Origin: Candidatus Latescibacterota bacterium
Lineage (GTDB): Bacteria; Latescibacterota; UBA2968
Direction: 5' to 3'
Assembly: GCA_965204375.1 (NCBI GenBank)
Contig: OZ241986.1
Location: 3,136,001 to 3,200,000, forward strand
Length of the DNA: 64,000 bases
Numbering within the stretch: the stretch's first letter is position 1; every line of letters begins with the position of its first letter. A program made the translations under genes and the position numbers. The notes below the pieces were generated by a model. That model saw only the letters and a program-made list of their open reading frames with translations, searched no databases and was not told the DNA's origin. Shown piece after piece: positions 31,251 through 41,927 of the stretch.

Positions 31251-31328
31251 TCAGTAGTCAGCAGTCAGCCTGCCCAACACACAGCCCCTCGCCTTTCATC
31301 TGCGTCTATCTGCGTCCATCTGCGGATA
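31248..31328. repeat. Composite short-tandem-repeat element
   Basis: TAGTCAG-TAGTCAG-CAGTCAG ... CAGCCCCTC ... (ATCTGCGTxx)n ATCTGCGGAT. Confidence 0.75.
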
Positions 31329-31329
31329 G

Positions 31330-31358
31330 TTGACATCTCCCCAAACGCACATTACCTT
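31330..31358 (+). promoter_or_regulatory. Putative sigma70 promoter (possibly leaderless mRNA)
   Basis: TTGACA, 17 bp spacer, TACCTT; ATG 7 nt after the -10; no SD. Confidence 0.5.
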
Positions 31359-31364
31359 TCGCCC

Positions 31365-32339
31365 ATGTCCAACATCCCCGACATCACCGTCCAGAACCTC
31401 GGAAAAACTTATGAAGTGCCCCAGCGAGAACCCGGATTGGGCGCAGCGATCAAAAGCCTTGTCTCGCGCACCACACGCGACGTCGAAGCCGTCAAAAACA
31501 TCTCTTTTGACGTTGCCCCGGGCGAAATCGTCGGATTCTTGGGACCCAATGGCGCAGGCAAAACCACCACCCTCAAAATGCTCTCCGGCTTGCTCCACCC
31601 CACAGCCGGCGAAATCTCAGTCATTGGACACACCCCTTATGCGCGCCACAAAGACTTTCTCAACCGCATCACCCTCGTCATGGGCCAGCGCAACCAGCTC
31701 ATGTGGGACATCCCTGTAGCCGACTCTTTTGAACGCAACCGCGCAATCTATCGCATTTCTCACGGCGAATACAACAAAACCCTCGACGAACTCAGCGCCT
31801 TACTCGACTTGAGCGATTTGCTCTCCAAACCCGTGCGCAATCTCTCATTGGGAGAACGCATGAAATGTGAAATCGCCGCAGCCTTGCTCCATCGTCCAAA
31901 GATTCTCTTCCTCGACGAACCCACCATTGGCCTCGACGTCACCATGCAGCGCCGTATCCGCGCCTTCCTGGGCGAATACAACCGCCGCCACAGCGCGACC
32001 GTATTGCTCACCTCGCATTACATGGCCGATGTCGAAGCCCTGTGCAAGCGCGTCATTGTCATACACCACGGCGAACTGCTCTTCGACGGCGATTTGAGCG
32101 CGCTCATCGAACGCTTTTCACCTCATAAAACCATAGTCGTCGATCTCGAAACCGAACGCGCCGACCTCTCCTCCTACGGCGAAGTCGTCACCGCGGAGGG
32201 CAACAGCGTAACCCTCCGCGTACCCAAAACAAAAACCGCCGATGTCACCGGAAAATTGCTCGCCAATCTACCCGTCATCGACCTCACAGTTGAAGATCCA
32301 CCCATAGAAGAAGTCATCGAACAGGTATTTTCAAATTGA
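31365..32339 (+). CDS. ABC-2 type transporter ATP-binding protein
   Basis: GPNGAGKTT, LSLGERM, FLDEPT. Confidence 0.93.
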   Translation: MSNIPDITVQNLGKTYEVPQREPGLGAAIKSLVSRTTRDVEAVKNISFDVAPGEIVGFLGPNGAGKTTTLKMLSGLLHPTAGEISVIGHTPYARHKDFLNRITLVMGQRNQLMWDIPVADSFERNRAIYRISHGEYNKTLDELSALLDLSDLLSKPVRNLSLGERMKCEIAAALLHRPKILFLDEPTIGLDVTMQRRIRAFLGEYNRRHSATVLLTSHYMADVEALCKRVIVIHHGELLFDGDLSALIERFSPHKTIVVDLETERADLSSYGEVVTAEGNSVTLRVPKTKTADVTGKLLANLPVIDLTVEDPPIEEVIEQVFSN

Positions 32340-33139
32340 AACATTATACCGCCACCTACTGGGCCTTTTTCAAGACCTCATTGCTCGAACAATTTCAATA
32401 TCGCGCCGCCATGGCGATATGGATGATCGGCCGCATTCTCGAACCCATCATCTACCTCACCGTATGGACTACAGTCGCCCACGCACGCGGGGGCAGTGTG
32501 GGAGCCTATTCACCTGCTGACTTTGCCGCTTATTACATCGTACTCATGCTCGTCAACCAATTCACCTTTTCCTGGATCATGCACATATACGACTTTCGCA
32601 TTCGCCAGGGCGAACTCTCCAACTTCTTGCTCAAACCCATCCACCCCATACACGCCGACATAGCCGAGAACATCGCGTACAAAGTCCTGACCGCCATCAT
32701 CATTTTTCCCACGGCAATATTGCTCTTCTTTCTCTTTGAACCCAATCTCGCCTTTCACATACAGACATTTGCCGTCTTTTTACTGGCACTGGGCATAGCG
32801 TTCCTCATGCGATTCTTCATTGAGTGGACCCTCGCCCTCGTCGCCTTTTGGACCACGCGCAACGAAGCCATCAATCAGATGTACTTCACACTCGGCCTAT
32901 TTCTCTCTGGACGCATCGCACCCATCGACCTGCTGCCGGGTGCCATCCAGACCCTCGCAGACGCACTCCCCTTTCGCTGGGCGGTCGCATTTCCCGTCGA
33001 ACTCATGCTCGGTCGCCTTTCGCAAGAACAGATTTGGAATGGATTCACCATGCAAGCCGTTTGGCTACTCGCGGGCTTTCTCTTAATCCAACTCACCTGG
33101 CGGTCAGGTGTAAAAAAATACTCGGCAGTTGGATCATAG
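32336..33139 (+). CDS. ABC-2 family permease (DUF990-like)
   Basis: Six TM helices, IRQGELS..LLKP; overlaps the ATPase stop. Confidence 0.88.
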   Translation: MKHYTATYWAFFKTSLLEQFQYRAAMAIWMIGRILEPIIYLTVWTTVAHARGGSVGAYSPADFAAYYIVLMLVNQFTFSWIMHIYDFRIRQGELSNFLLKPIHPIHADIAENIAYKVLTAIIIFPTAILLFFLFEPNLAFHIQTFAVFLLALGIAFLMRFFIEWTLALVAFWTTRNEAINQMYFTLGLFLSGRIAPIDLLPGAIQTLADALPFRWAVAFPVELMLGRLSQEQIWNGFTMQAVWLLAGFLLIQLTWRSGVKKYSAVGS

Positions 33140-33150
33140 GTACTTCACCC

Positions 33151-33936
33151 ATGTACTACTTAAAACTGATATGGACCTTCTTCCGCATTGGCATCCTCAA
33201 CGAAATGGCCTATCGCGTGAACTTCTACGTCCAACTCCTGCAATCCCTCCTCAACCTGGGCACAGCCATCGCGGGCCTGGCAATCGTATTTTCACACACC
33301 GATACCCTCGGCGGATGGCAGGCCGTTGATATCCTCGCCCTGCTCGGCGTATTTATGTTCGTAGGCGGCGTGATAGGCATGGTCATAAATCCCAGCATGA
33401 GCCAGCTCATGGACGATGTGCTACGCGGTCTATTTGACTACACCCTCACCAAACCGTGCGATGCGCAATTCCTCGCCAGCATTTCGCAAATCCGCTTATG
33501 GCGGCTCACCGATATTCTACTCGGCGCGGGCGTACTCATTGCCGCGCTGATCTATCGGGGCCTCGATATTGGACCGCGTGAAGCCCTCGCCTTCGCCTTT
33601 GTTCTCTGTACCGGGGGCAGCATCATCTACAGCTTCTGGCTCATGCTCGCCACCCTCACCTTCTGGTTCTTGCGCATCGAAAACATCCTCCACATCTTCC
33701 AGAGCATGTACGAAGCCGGTCGCTGGCCCATTGGCATCTACCCACACTGGCTGCGCTATATCCTCACATTCCTCGTACCCGTGGCATTTGCCATCACAGT
33801 ACCCGCCGAAGCACTCTCAGGTCGCCTGACACCCGAAAGCATGATCACATCTGGCCTGCTGTGTGTCTTTCTGATCGCATTCTCGCGCTGGTTCTGGAAA
33901 CGCGGCCTTAAAAATTACTCCGGCGCATCGGCATAA
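33151..33936 (+). CDS. ABC-2 family permease (DUF990-like)
   Basis: YRVNF, G.FD..L.KP, WP..IYP; ends YSGASA. Confidence 0.88.
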   Translation: MYYLKLIWTFFRIGILNEMAYRVNFYVQLLQSLLNLGTAIAGLAIVFSHTDTLGGWQAVDILALLGVFMFVGGVIGMVINPSMSQLMDDVLRGLFDYTLTKPCDAQFLASISQIRLWRLTDILLGAGVLIAALIYRGLDIGPREALAFAFVLCTGGSIIYSFWLMLATLTFWFLRIENILHIFQSMYEAGRWPIGIYPHWLRYILTFLVPVAFAITVPAEALSGRLTPESMITSGLLCVFLIAFSRWFWKRGLKNYSGASA

Positions 33937-34020
33937 CAGTCATCCGTTTGACTTTCCAGATTCTATCCGCTATTTTATGCCTGCTTTCAACACCAGACAA
34001 TACACATAAGGAGTTTCACA

Positions 34021-35679
34021 ATGGCGTACCAACTTCCCGAACTCGCCGAACCCGAAGCACCTGAAAAGAACGAAGTCGTACTCATTGCCAACGGCGACCT
34101 GCGCTTATCTGCCAACCAGATGTGCTGGCCTGCACAAGAAGCAATGGAAAAAACCATCACAGCGGCAATCCAACGCGAAGGATGGAAAGTCCGCCGCGGA
34201 CACCCCTACAAACAAGACGAGGAACACGGCTTTATCGGGTCACAAAAAGAGGGCATGGCCGTCTTCAAAAATATCCATCCCGACGCCCCCCTCATCGTAG
34301 CCGAAGCCGTCTGGCAATACAGCCACCACGTACTTCACGGCCTGATCTCACACCGCGGCCCCATCCTCACCCTTGCCAACTGGTCTGGGCAGTGGCCCGG
34401 TCTCGTCGGCATGCTCAACCTCAACGGCTCCCTCACCAAAGCCGGAGTTGAATACAGCACCCTGTGGAGCCTGGACTTTACCGACGACTTCTTCAAACGC
34501 GGCCTGAGCGAATGGCTCACCAGCGGCAGCGTCACCCACGACACCTCCCATGTACGCGACGCCAACACCTTCCGCCTGCCCGAAGCCGAAGCCCAACTCG
34601 GACAGGCACTTGCCGAACAACTCCAGCGCGAAAAAGCCATTATGGGCGTCTTTGACGAAGGCTGCATGGGCATGTTCAACGCCATCATCCCCGACCACTT
34701 GCTCAATCCCACAGGCGTCTTCAAAGAACGCCTCTCACAATCTGCGCTCTGGGCAGAAATGCAAACCGTCACAGATTCAGAAGCAAATGCTGTTCGCACC
34801 TGGCTCGAGGGCAAGGGCCTCACCTTTGTCACCGGCACAAACGCCACCGACGAACTCACCGACGACCAGATCGCAATGCAATGCAAAATGTACATCGCCG
34901 CCGTACGCATTGCCGATGACTTTGGTTGCGCCACCATTGGCATTCAATACCAACAGGGCCTCAAAGACCTGTGCCCGGCATCTGATCTGGTCGAAGGCAT
35001 CCTCAACAACGCAGATCGCCCCCCGGTCAAAGCGCGCGCCAATGGTCAGATCCTCTACGAAGGCGAGGCACTCCCGCATTTCAACGAAGTCGATGAATGT
35101 GCGGGCCTCGACGGTCTGATTTCCAACCGCATCTGGAAAGCACTGGAGCAGCCACCCGAAAACACCTTACACGACCTGCGCTGGGGCGAACACTACCAGG
35201 GGAATGGCATCGACGACTACGTATGGGTCTTCCTCATCTCTGGCGGCGCACCGCCCGCACACTATATCGGCGGGTACAAAGGCACCTCTTCTGAACGCCA
35301 GCCCAACATGTATTTCCCCCTCGGCGGCGGCACCTGCAAAGGCGTGAGCAAACCCGGCGAAATCGTCTGGAGCCGCATCTTCGTTCAAAATGACGAACTG
35401 CACATGGACATTGGTCGCGGTGGCGTCGTCGAACTCCCACAACCAGAAACCGACCACCGCTGGCGTGCCACCACCCCGCAGTGGCCCATTATGCACGCCG
35501 TCACCTACGGCATCTCCCGCGACCAGATGATGGCACGCCACAAAGCCAACCACATCCAGGTCGCATACGCCGAATCTACACAGGCAGCCGACAACGCGCT
35601 GGCCGTAAAAATCGCCATGATGCAAGCATTGGGCGTCAACGTTCATCTGTGTGGCACAAATAACGGATTGGTGGATTAA
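34021..35679 (+). CDS. L-fucose/L-arabinose isomerase-like protein
   Basis: [37 protein letters not shown]; AGGAG RBS. Confidence 0.8.
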   Translation: MAYQLPELAEPEAPEKNEVVLIANGDLRLSANQMCWPAQEAMEKTITAAIQREGWKVRRGHPYKQDEEHGFIGSQKEGMAVFKNIHPDAPLIVAEAVWQYSHHVLHGLISHRGPILTLANWSGQWPGLVGMLNLNGSLTKAGVEYSTLWSLDFTDDFFKRGLSEWLTSGSVTHDTSHVRDANTFRLPEAEAQLGQALAEQLQREKAIMGVFDEGCMGMFNAIIPDHLLNPTGVFKERLSQSALWAEMQTVTDSEANAVRTWLEGKGLTFVTGTNATDELTDDQIAMQCKMYIAAVRIADDFGCATIGIQYQQGLKDLCPASDLVEGILNNADRPPVKARANGQILYEGEALPHFNEVDECAGLDGLISNRIWKALEQPPENTLHDLRWGEHYQGNGIDDYVWVFLISGGAPPAHYIGGYKGTSSERQPNMYFPLGGGTCKGVSKPGEIVWSRIFVQNDELHMDIGRGGVVELPQPETDHRWRATTPQWPIMHAVTYGISRDQMMARHKANHIQVAYAESTQAADNALAVKIAMMQALGVNVHLCGTNNGLVD

Positions 35680-35680
35680 C

Positions 35681-36691
35681 ATGGACCGTGTTCGCATTGG
35701 CGTTATCGGCGTGGGCAATATCGCTCGCAACTACCATTTACCCCCTGTACACGCACTCCCAAATGCCGAACTCGTCGCCGTTGCAGACCTCGACGAATCG
35801 CTCAGATTAAGCGCGCAGAAACAGTTCGGCTTTCGCGATGCGTACACCGATTACCGCCGCATTTTAGACCGCGACGACATTCACGCCATCATGCTCCTCA
35901 CCCGCGTGAATACACGCACCGAAATCATTCCCGCAGCCCTCGAAGCGGGCAAACACGTCTTCACCCAAAAGCCCTTTGCACTGACAAATGAAGACGCTGA
36001 ATTTCTCGCCCAGGCAGCCAGGCGCACGGGCAAGCGCCTTGTCTGCAGCTTCATGCATCGCTACTTTCCACATACCCAGGGGGCGAGTCAAATCCTGAAA
36101 GAAGGCAAAATCGGCCGCCTTGAAATGGTACGCCATCGCAACTGCATTGGCAGCCACTACGACAACGCCGTTCGCTTATGGGGTGGCGTCCTCGACATTG
36201 GTACACACGGCATAGACGTCATCCGGTATCTCACCGAACAAGACGTCGTCAAAGTGCAAGCCATGATGGACCCGTATCTCACCAATGCAAACCTGCCGAT
36301 AGACCCAACCATCAACCGCCCCAATGAAACCGCGGCCATCATGAATTTTGAAATGACTGGCGGCACCCTTGTCACCTTTGAAATGCACTGGACCCAACGC
36401 GGTGGCGCAGGAGGCTATTACGCCGAACACTACGGCGATGGTGGCTCGATGTTCATCAAACATCCCATTGCGCCAGCAACCCTCGTTTACACCCAGGGCC
36501 ACAAAGGAGACTGGATCCAACCCGACCTCGAACAACACCCCAAAGGCCACCTGCACCACAAAATCTTCATAGACGACATCCTCAACAACACCTGTGAAAG
36601 TGCCACCCCTGAAGACGCCGTAGCCACAGTAAAAATTATCAACGCCGCTTATGAGTCAGCACAAACCGAAAAAACCATTACAGTAGCCTGA
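35681..36691 (+). CDS. Gfo/Idh/MocA oxidoreductase
   Basis: IGVIGVGNIA, GKHVFTQKP, GG.LDIGTHGID. Confidence 0.9.
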   Translation: MDRVRIGVIGVGNIARNYHLPPVHALPNAELVAVADLDESLRLSAQKQFGFRDAYTDYRRILDRDDIHAIMLLTRVNTRTEIIPAALEAGKHVFTQKPFALTNEDAEFLAQAARRTGKRLVCSFMHRYFPHTQGASQILKEGKIGRLEMVRHRNCIGSHYDNAVRLWGGVLDIGTHGIDVIRYLTEQDVVKVQAMMDPYLTNANLPIDPTINRPNETAAIMNFEMTGGTLVTFEMHWTQRGGAGGYYAEHYGDGGSMFIKHPIAPATLVYTQGHKGDWIQPDLEQHPKGHLHHKIFIDDILNNTCESATPEDAVATVKIINAAYESAQTEKTITVA

Positions 36692-36709
36692 TGAAAAGGA
36701 CATAACACT

Positions 36710-37654
36710 ATGAAAATCGCGCTCGTCATTCGCCCGTTCACCAATGAAAATCTCCAGACCGCGCTTCAAATGGGCGTGGAAGACGTCGTAACCGTCTTAC
36801 CCAATGCTGGCCCCGTCTGGGATTATCTCGCCATCTTGCGCCACAAAAAACGCATTGAAGACCAGGGCTTACGCTGGTCTGTGGTCGAATCTGTGCCCAT
36901 CTCAGACAATATCAAACTGGGCCTTGAAGGTCGAGACCAGGAAATCGACCAATACTGTCAGACCATTCGCAACCTCGGCGCAGCGGGCATTCCCGTGATG
37001 TGTTACAACTGGATGGCGGTCTTCAACTGGATGCGCACCTCAATGACCACCCGCACGCGCGGCAATGCCCTGACCAGTACCTACGATCACAGCGACCTGG
37101 AAGACGCGCCCCCCATCACCGACTATGGCGACATTACCGAAGAACGCCTCTGGGAAAACCTCGAATACTTCCTCAAAAGAGTCATACCCGTTGCCGAAGA
37201 AGCCGGCGTCAAACAGGGCCTGCACCCCGACGACCCCCCGCTCTCGCCCATTCGCGGCGTTGCCCGCATCATCACCAGCCCCGAAGCCTATGATCGCGTC
37301 ATCTCCTTCATCCCCAGCGAATACAATGGCCTCACCTATTGTCAGGGCAACTTCAAAGCCATGGGTGCCGATATTCCAGCCACCATCCACCGCTTCAAAG
37401 ACCACATCCACTTCGCCCACTTCCGCGACCTTCACGGTCAGGTCCCCACCTTCTCCGAATCCTTTCACGACGACGGCGACACCGACATGGCAGAAGCCAT
37501 TCGCGCGTACAAAGCAATCGGCTTTAAGGGCGTCGTCCGCCCCGACCACACACCCACCTTTGCGATTGACGAGGAGGATACAGGAGGCTATAACTTTCTC
37601 GGACGGCTCTATGCGGTCGGGTATATGCGTGGTCTCATACACGGAACAGACTAA
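36710..37654 (+). CDS. uxuA: Mannonate dehydratase
   Basis: CYNWM, LWENLEYFL, HPDDPP, HFRD, RPDH, GRLYAVGY. Confidence 0.9.
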   Translation: MKIALVIRPFTNENLQTALQMGVEDVVTVLPNAGPVWDYLAILRHKKRIEDQGLRWSVVESVPISDNIKLGLEGRDQEIDQYCQTIRNLGAAGIPVMCYNWMAVFNWMRTSMTTRTRGNALTSTYDHSDLEDAPPITDYGDITEERLWENLEYFLKRVIPVAEEAGVKQGLHPDDPPLSPIRGVARIITSPEAYDRVISFIPSEYNGLTYCQGNFKAMGADIPATIHRFKDHIHFAHFRDLHGQVPTFSESFHDDGDTDMAEAIRAYKAIGFKGVVRPDHTPTFAIDEEDTGGYNFLGRLYAVGYMRGLIHGTD

Positions 37655-37657
37655 TGC

Positions 37658-37691
37658 AAAAAAAGGCTGCGATCTTACGACCGCAGCCTTT
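37658..37691. terminator. Bidirectional intrinsic terminator
   Basis: AAAAAAAGGCTGCG...CGCAGCCTTT between convergent genes. Confidence 0.75.
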
Positions 37692-37716
37692 AGTGTATCC
37701 GGTGAGAGAACTTCTC

Positions 37717-38772
37717 TCAGAACCCAAGCCCCACAGTCAACCAGTGATTATCCTGAAAGAACTCGGTCTTGCCAAAGGCATAATCCACTTGAAAAGCCAT
37801 ATTGCCCATGGGCACATTGAGACCAAAGCCAAACGTCGGGCCGAGAATATATTCCTTCTTAAACCCGTTGGGCAGGGCATCACCCGTTGGAGACGTCACA
37901 TACCCTCCGCGCAACTGAAGAATTTGCTTCATCGAATACTCAACGCCAGCCTGATATTCGTCAGTCGCCAGATTGTTATTGCGGAAGGTCGCAGAAAAAG
38001 TAGCTTTGCCCAGCGCGTCTTCATAGAAAGCATAGGAAAAACCGATTTCTATGGACGTGGGCAACTCAGCCGCTGCCAGTGACGTGCGGAAACTGCGCGA
38101 CCCGGCCTGGGGATCGGCCTCTGGAACCGCGTCTTGCAATCTCACCACCCGGTCCAGGTCCGGACCATCAAACCTCAGATCGGGACCAAAATTTTGCATG
38201 GCAATACCCAGCGTCAGACCTTTGAGTGCGGTTTTGTACTGGAAACCAAAGTCAAACGCCAGGCCATTGGCGACCTCGCGCTTAATCGCCTCGTGGATAT
38301 ATTTGATCGTGGTGCCAAACGACACGCGGTCTGTCAACAACTGCGAATACGTAAATGTCACGCACGAAAACCTCGGCGAGAGTATCTCACCCGTGCCTTC
38401 GGGCGACTCCTCAGTCGTCACAACAATATCGCCCACCGCAAACACGCGGGCACTAATCCCCACCGAAATATCATCCCGCAGACGCGTGGTAATCGCAAAA
38501 TAGTTCACATTCATATCCGCGATATAATCCAGATATGAAAATATGGCTTCGCGCTTATGCGTTCCAAATACCAATCCCGAAGGATTCCACTGCAATGCCT
38601 CGGCACCCTTTACATGGGCCAGGATGGCGCCCCCAAGAGCTGTACCGCGCGATCCAATTGGAATGCGCAACTCTTGTGCCGCGGCTGTGCCGATGCGGCT
38701 CTTATCGCCTGCACGGGCATCCTGAGCGATCAATGCCAGCGCGGCAAACAGAAAAATCATCTGCCTGAACAT
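37717..38772 (-). CDS. PorV/PorQ (UPF0164) family outer-membrane protein
   Basis: GTAAAQELRIPIGSRGTALGGA...WNPSGL; C-terminus GLGF. Confidence 0.85.
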   Translation of the reverse strand: MFRQMIFLFAALALIAQDARAGDKSRIGTAAAQELRIPIGSRGTALGGAILAHVKGAEALQWNPSGLVFGTHKREAIFSYLDYIADMNVNYFAITTRLRDDISVGISARVFAVGDIVVTTEESPEGTGEILSPRFSCVTFTYSQLLTDRVSFGTTIKYIHEAIKREVANGLAFDFGFQYKTALKGLTLGIAMQNFGPDLRFDGPDLDRVVRLQDAVPEADPQAGSRSFRTSLAAAELPTSIEIGFSYAFYEDALGKATFSATFRNNNLATDEYQAGVEYSMKQILQLRGGYVTSPTGDALPNGFKKEYILGPTFGFGLNVPMGNMAFQVDYAFGKTEFFQDNHWLTVGLGF

Positions 38773-38798
38773 AAGTTATTCCTCCATTCAGCGGTTCG

Positions 38799-41700
38799 TT
38801 AAAATGTATTCAGCGTCTCGGCTTCCATAAACACCGCGCACTTGATAAAATGCGTACCGATATTTGGCGCGTCAAAATGCGCGATATAAATGCCGCTGGC
38901 AACCAGCACGCCCTGATCTGTTTTCAGATCCCAGGTATCAAACGACAGACCGTTATTGTGGTTAATCGTTCGCACCAGATCGCCCGACAGACTGAAAATC
39001 CGGATCGTGCATTGCGCGGGAAGATTGGTAAAACGCATCTGGCGTGCGAGCGAACTAAATTCATAAGACGAACGCCCCAGATACGGATTGGGCACCGCCA
39101 GAACTTTGGTCAAATCCTCCACCGCCAACTCTTGATCGTTGTGGACAGCACCCTGCGTATTAAATGCAAACACATCGTTGGGACCATTGACGTGATTCGC
39201 CAGAATCAAAAACGAATCGCCATCCTGCGGAAACCGATCCACCACACGGCGCGCGGCCCAAATGATATACATAATGGGTGGTGCCGGATTGTCGTTGATC
39301 ATGCCCTGAGACAACTCCGCCACATTGGAATCATCACCTGGCTCGGTATAATCCCGATCAAAAATGAACAGCCACTCGCGCGGTCCGCCGCCAGCCAGAT
39401 TGCTGACATCGCCGTAAAATGCCGGACCATACGCACCGTTGACCAGACCGCCGGGCTGATTGTTTTCCAGCCAGCCAACTTCGAGGCGGCGGTTATTTTC
39501 CATATCCCATGCCGAAAGCGCAATTGGATTGCGTTCCTGATACACATATACGCCGGGACCCGATGTATTGATGATATAATGGCTCCAGTCATAAGGTGCC
39601 TGTGTCGTCGTCTGATCTGCAGGTGCAGGAGGAGGAGCACCTGCGCCGCGCAAATACCGATATCCATAAGACACATTGGGATTGGTCAGGTCAATGGGTT
39701 TGTACTGATCCTCGCCCTCATCTTCAATCACACTGGTAAATCGCAATTCCACATTGACCAACCGCGCAGGCGACACGCTCGTCGGACCAAACCACATATG
39801 AGCAACATCACCCGTCATCGCACCGTTAAAACCTTCAGCACCCCAGTTGGTATTTGCCCAGGTGTACCACCGCGCGCCCGATGGAATATCCCAATCTTTG
39901 ATGCCCAGAGGAGGACCAGTCACCCGCACGAGCAACCCCTCGACAATCGGATTGGAAATCGCCGCATCCAGTGAGGCGTGCTGCTGCATATCTGAAAGCA
40001 CGGTCTGACCGCTCGCCAGATTGATCAGATCCCAAACCGTTCCCGCATCGGTATCGCGGAAGCGTACTTCGTAAGGCGCGCCCGTGACCTGTGTATCGTC
40101 AACCACCTGCACGGCCACGACACCATCGCTCGAACCCGATGTATGCTCAACAGTACTATCCACCCCCACGGTATTGAATCGCGTACCCGCTGTGGGTCCG
40201 CGCGGCACAATGCCATTGGCTGGAATCAACTCATCCGAAAGGGGCTTAAACGTCATGCGCCCATCAGCCAGAGCCGAGATGGATGTCTCGAGCGTTTTGG
40301 GCGACCTGCTCGTATTCAACGAATAGGCCGTCACTGCAAAATAATAGGTTTTACCCGTCACCAGCCTACCGCCCAAAACCTTATCTTCGGTCAGTTCGAT
40401 ATAGCGCCGAATACCCGAGTCACCGCCAAATTGCACGGGCGAGTTGACCACCACACCGGCACCTTCATCGAACTGATTGTCAAAAATAATAGCCGAGCCA
40501 TTAATCATGTCATAAGTCGCAAGACGCCGCCAGGGACCGGCGATCGACTCGCCCTGATACACGTTATAGCCTTCAAATTCATAATCGCCCGAAGCGACTT
40601 CTGAGTCATCGCCCCAGGTCAACTGAACTTTGCCATTGCCCGTGTGATCACCCGTCACAGCCACCGATACTTTGGGTGCGGGCGGAGGCGATGGCAATGC
40701 AAAATTGGCATCAAAAGCCGATTGTGCAAATGTATCGTTAAAACGCACGGCCGTAATCGACGTGAGACGATCTTGGCCTTGCCCGATAATGATAGCGCCC
40801 ACTACTTCTTGTGTATCGCCGGGCGCAAAGGTAAACGGACCCGCCGTGAGCATAAAGCGCCGATCAGCCGGGTTTTCGTCAAGCCAGCCCGTACCCGCAA
40901 CCGGATCTCCATCGACCATAAAAGCCTTCACCTGACCCGTAATTGGATCGGTGTGGTCGGCCACGCCGCCATCCGGGTCAAGACCCTTCATATAATTATA
41001 GGTCTCTTCTGCGGTCTGAGGATCCGTGCCGTTGATGTATTTGTTAAACGACGTCATGGGCAATTCCACACCGTCATCGCCAATCGGCCCCTTGAAAAAG
41101 TCATACCCCACGGCCGGAGGTGAAGAACCATACTGCGCATCTACGTTTGACCCGTTATAACAAAACCCAAAGCTGGTCTCCACATCGCAGCCCACCAGGT
41201 CGTTATCGAATTGCCCCAGATCGGGATCAGACCACAGCGACACATACGTGCTATCGATGGTATTACCACCCTTGTTGATAATCAAAAATTTGACGAATAT
41301 CACATTGCCAAGAGGACCTGTGCGGTCAAATGCAAATGTCGTCTGCTGTATTTCAACGCCCAAAGGCGCGGTCTGCATATTGGTGTGGGAACCCGGGTCG
41401 GCATCGTTATAAACCGCCCACAAGGTCTGGTCACCCAGCACCATTGGCGTACCATCGGAATTGACCGGCGCGCCGTCTTCAACCGGCCACTGCGCGTAAT
41501 CCGGATTTTCCGGGCCGTCGCCTTTGTTGATCTTATACACCCGGTAGCGGTCGAGTTGCGGATCGGCGGGTGTGCCGTCGGGCAAAATAGGCCCGGGTGC
41601 AAACTCAAATGAATACTCGGCAATCGCCACGCGAATCTCTCCATTGACCTTGCCCGCAATCCACGGACCGGAAGCAAATACCGCGGTTTTGCCCGTGCCC

Positions 41701-41912
41701 TTGGGAAATTCAAGGCCCGAAGATCCGGTCGCCAGGTCCCAGGCGAATGATCCCTGGTTGGTCACAAACATTTTGATATTGTTCACATCAATCACTTGAT
41801 CATTGCTAATTTTACCCAGCCGCGGCTTTTGCGAGGGCGATACAGCCAGCGCAATGCCAGCCATGCTCACGCTCATCAAAGCCAGCGTCAGAATATTCAA
41901 AAAGCTTTTCAT
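38799..41912 (-). CDS. Large secreted protein with T9SS type A-like C-terminal sorting domain
   Basis: Signal peptide; FN3-like segment (FEGYNVY...YYFAVTAY); C-terminus VPNPY...FTNLP..CTIRIFSLSGDLVR...WDL...VASGIY...K. Confidence 0.85.
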   Translation of the reverse strand: MKSFLNILTLALMSVSMAGIALAVSPSQKPRLGKISNDQVIDVNNIKMFVTNQGSFAWDLATGSSGLEFPKGTGKTAVFASGPWIAGKVNGEIRVAIAEYSFEFAPGPILPDGTPADPQLDRYRVYKINKGDGPENPDYAQWPVEDGAPVNSDGTPMVLGDQTLWAVYNDADPGSHTNMQTAPLGVEIQQTTFAFDRTGPLGNVIFVKFLIINKGGNTIDSTYVSLWSDPDLGQFDNDLVGCDVETSFGFCYNGSNVDAQYGSSPPAVGYDFFKGPIGDDGVELPMTSFNKYINGTDPQTAEETYNYMKGLDPDGGVADHTDPITGQVKAFMVDGDPVAGTGWLDENPADRRFMLTAGPFTFAPGDTQEVVGAIIIGQGQDRLTSITAVRFNDTFAQSAFDANFALPSPPPAPKVSVAVTGDHTGNGKVQLTWGDDSEVASGDYEFEGYNVYQGESIAGPWRRLATYDMINGSAIIFDNQFDEGAGVVVNSPVQFGGDSGIRRYIELTEDKVLGGRLVTGKTYYFAVTAYSLNTSRSPKTLETSISALADGRMTFKPLSDELIPANGIVPRGPTAGTRFNTVGVDSTVEHTSGSSDGVVAVQVVDDTQVTGAPYEVRFRDTDAGTVWDLINLASGQTVLSDMQQHASLDAAISNPIVEGLLVRVTGPPLGIKDWDIPSGARWYTWANTNWGAEGFNGAMTGDVAHMWFGPTSVSPARLVNVELRFTSVIEDEGEDQYKPIDLTNPNVSYGYRYLRGAGAPPPAPADQTTTQAPYDWSHYIINTSGPGVYVYQERNPIALSAWDMENNRRLEVGWLENNQPGGLVNGAYGPAFYGDVSNLAGGGPREWLFIFDRDYTEPGDDSNVAELSQGMINDNPAPPIMYIIWAARRVVDRFPQDGDSFLILANHVNGPNDVFAFNTQGAVHNDQELAVEDLTKVLAVPNPYLGRSSYEFSSLARQMRFTNLPAQCTIRIFSLSGDLVRTINHNNGLSFDTWDLKTDQGVLVASGIYIAHFDAPNIGTHFIKCAVFMEAETLNTF

Positions 41913-41927
41913 GTCCTTATCTCCCAT

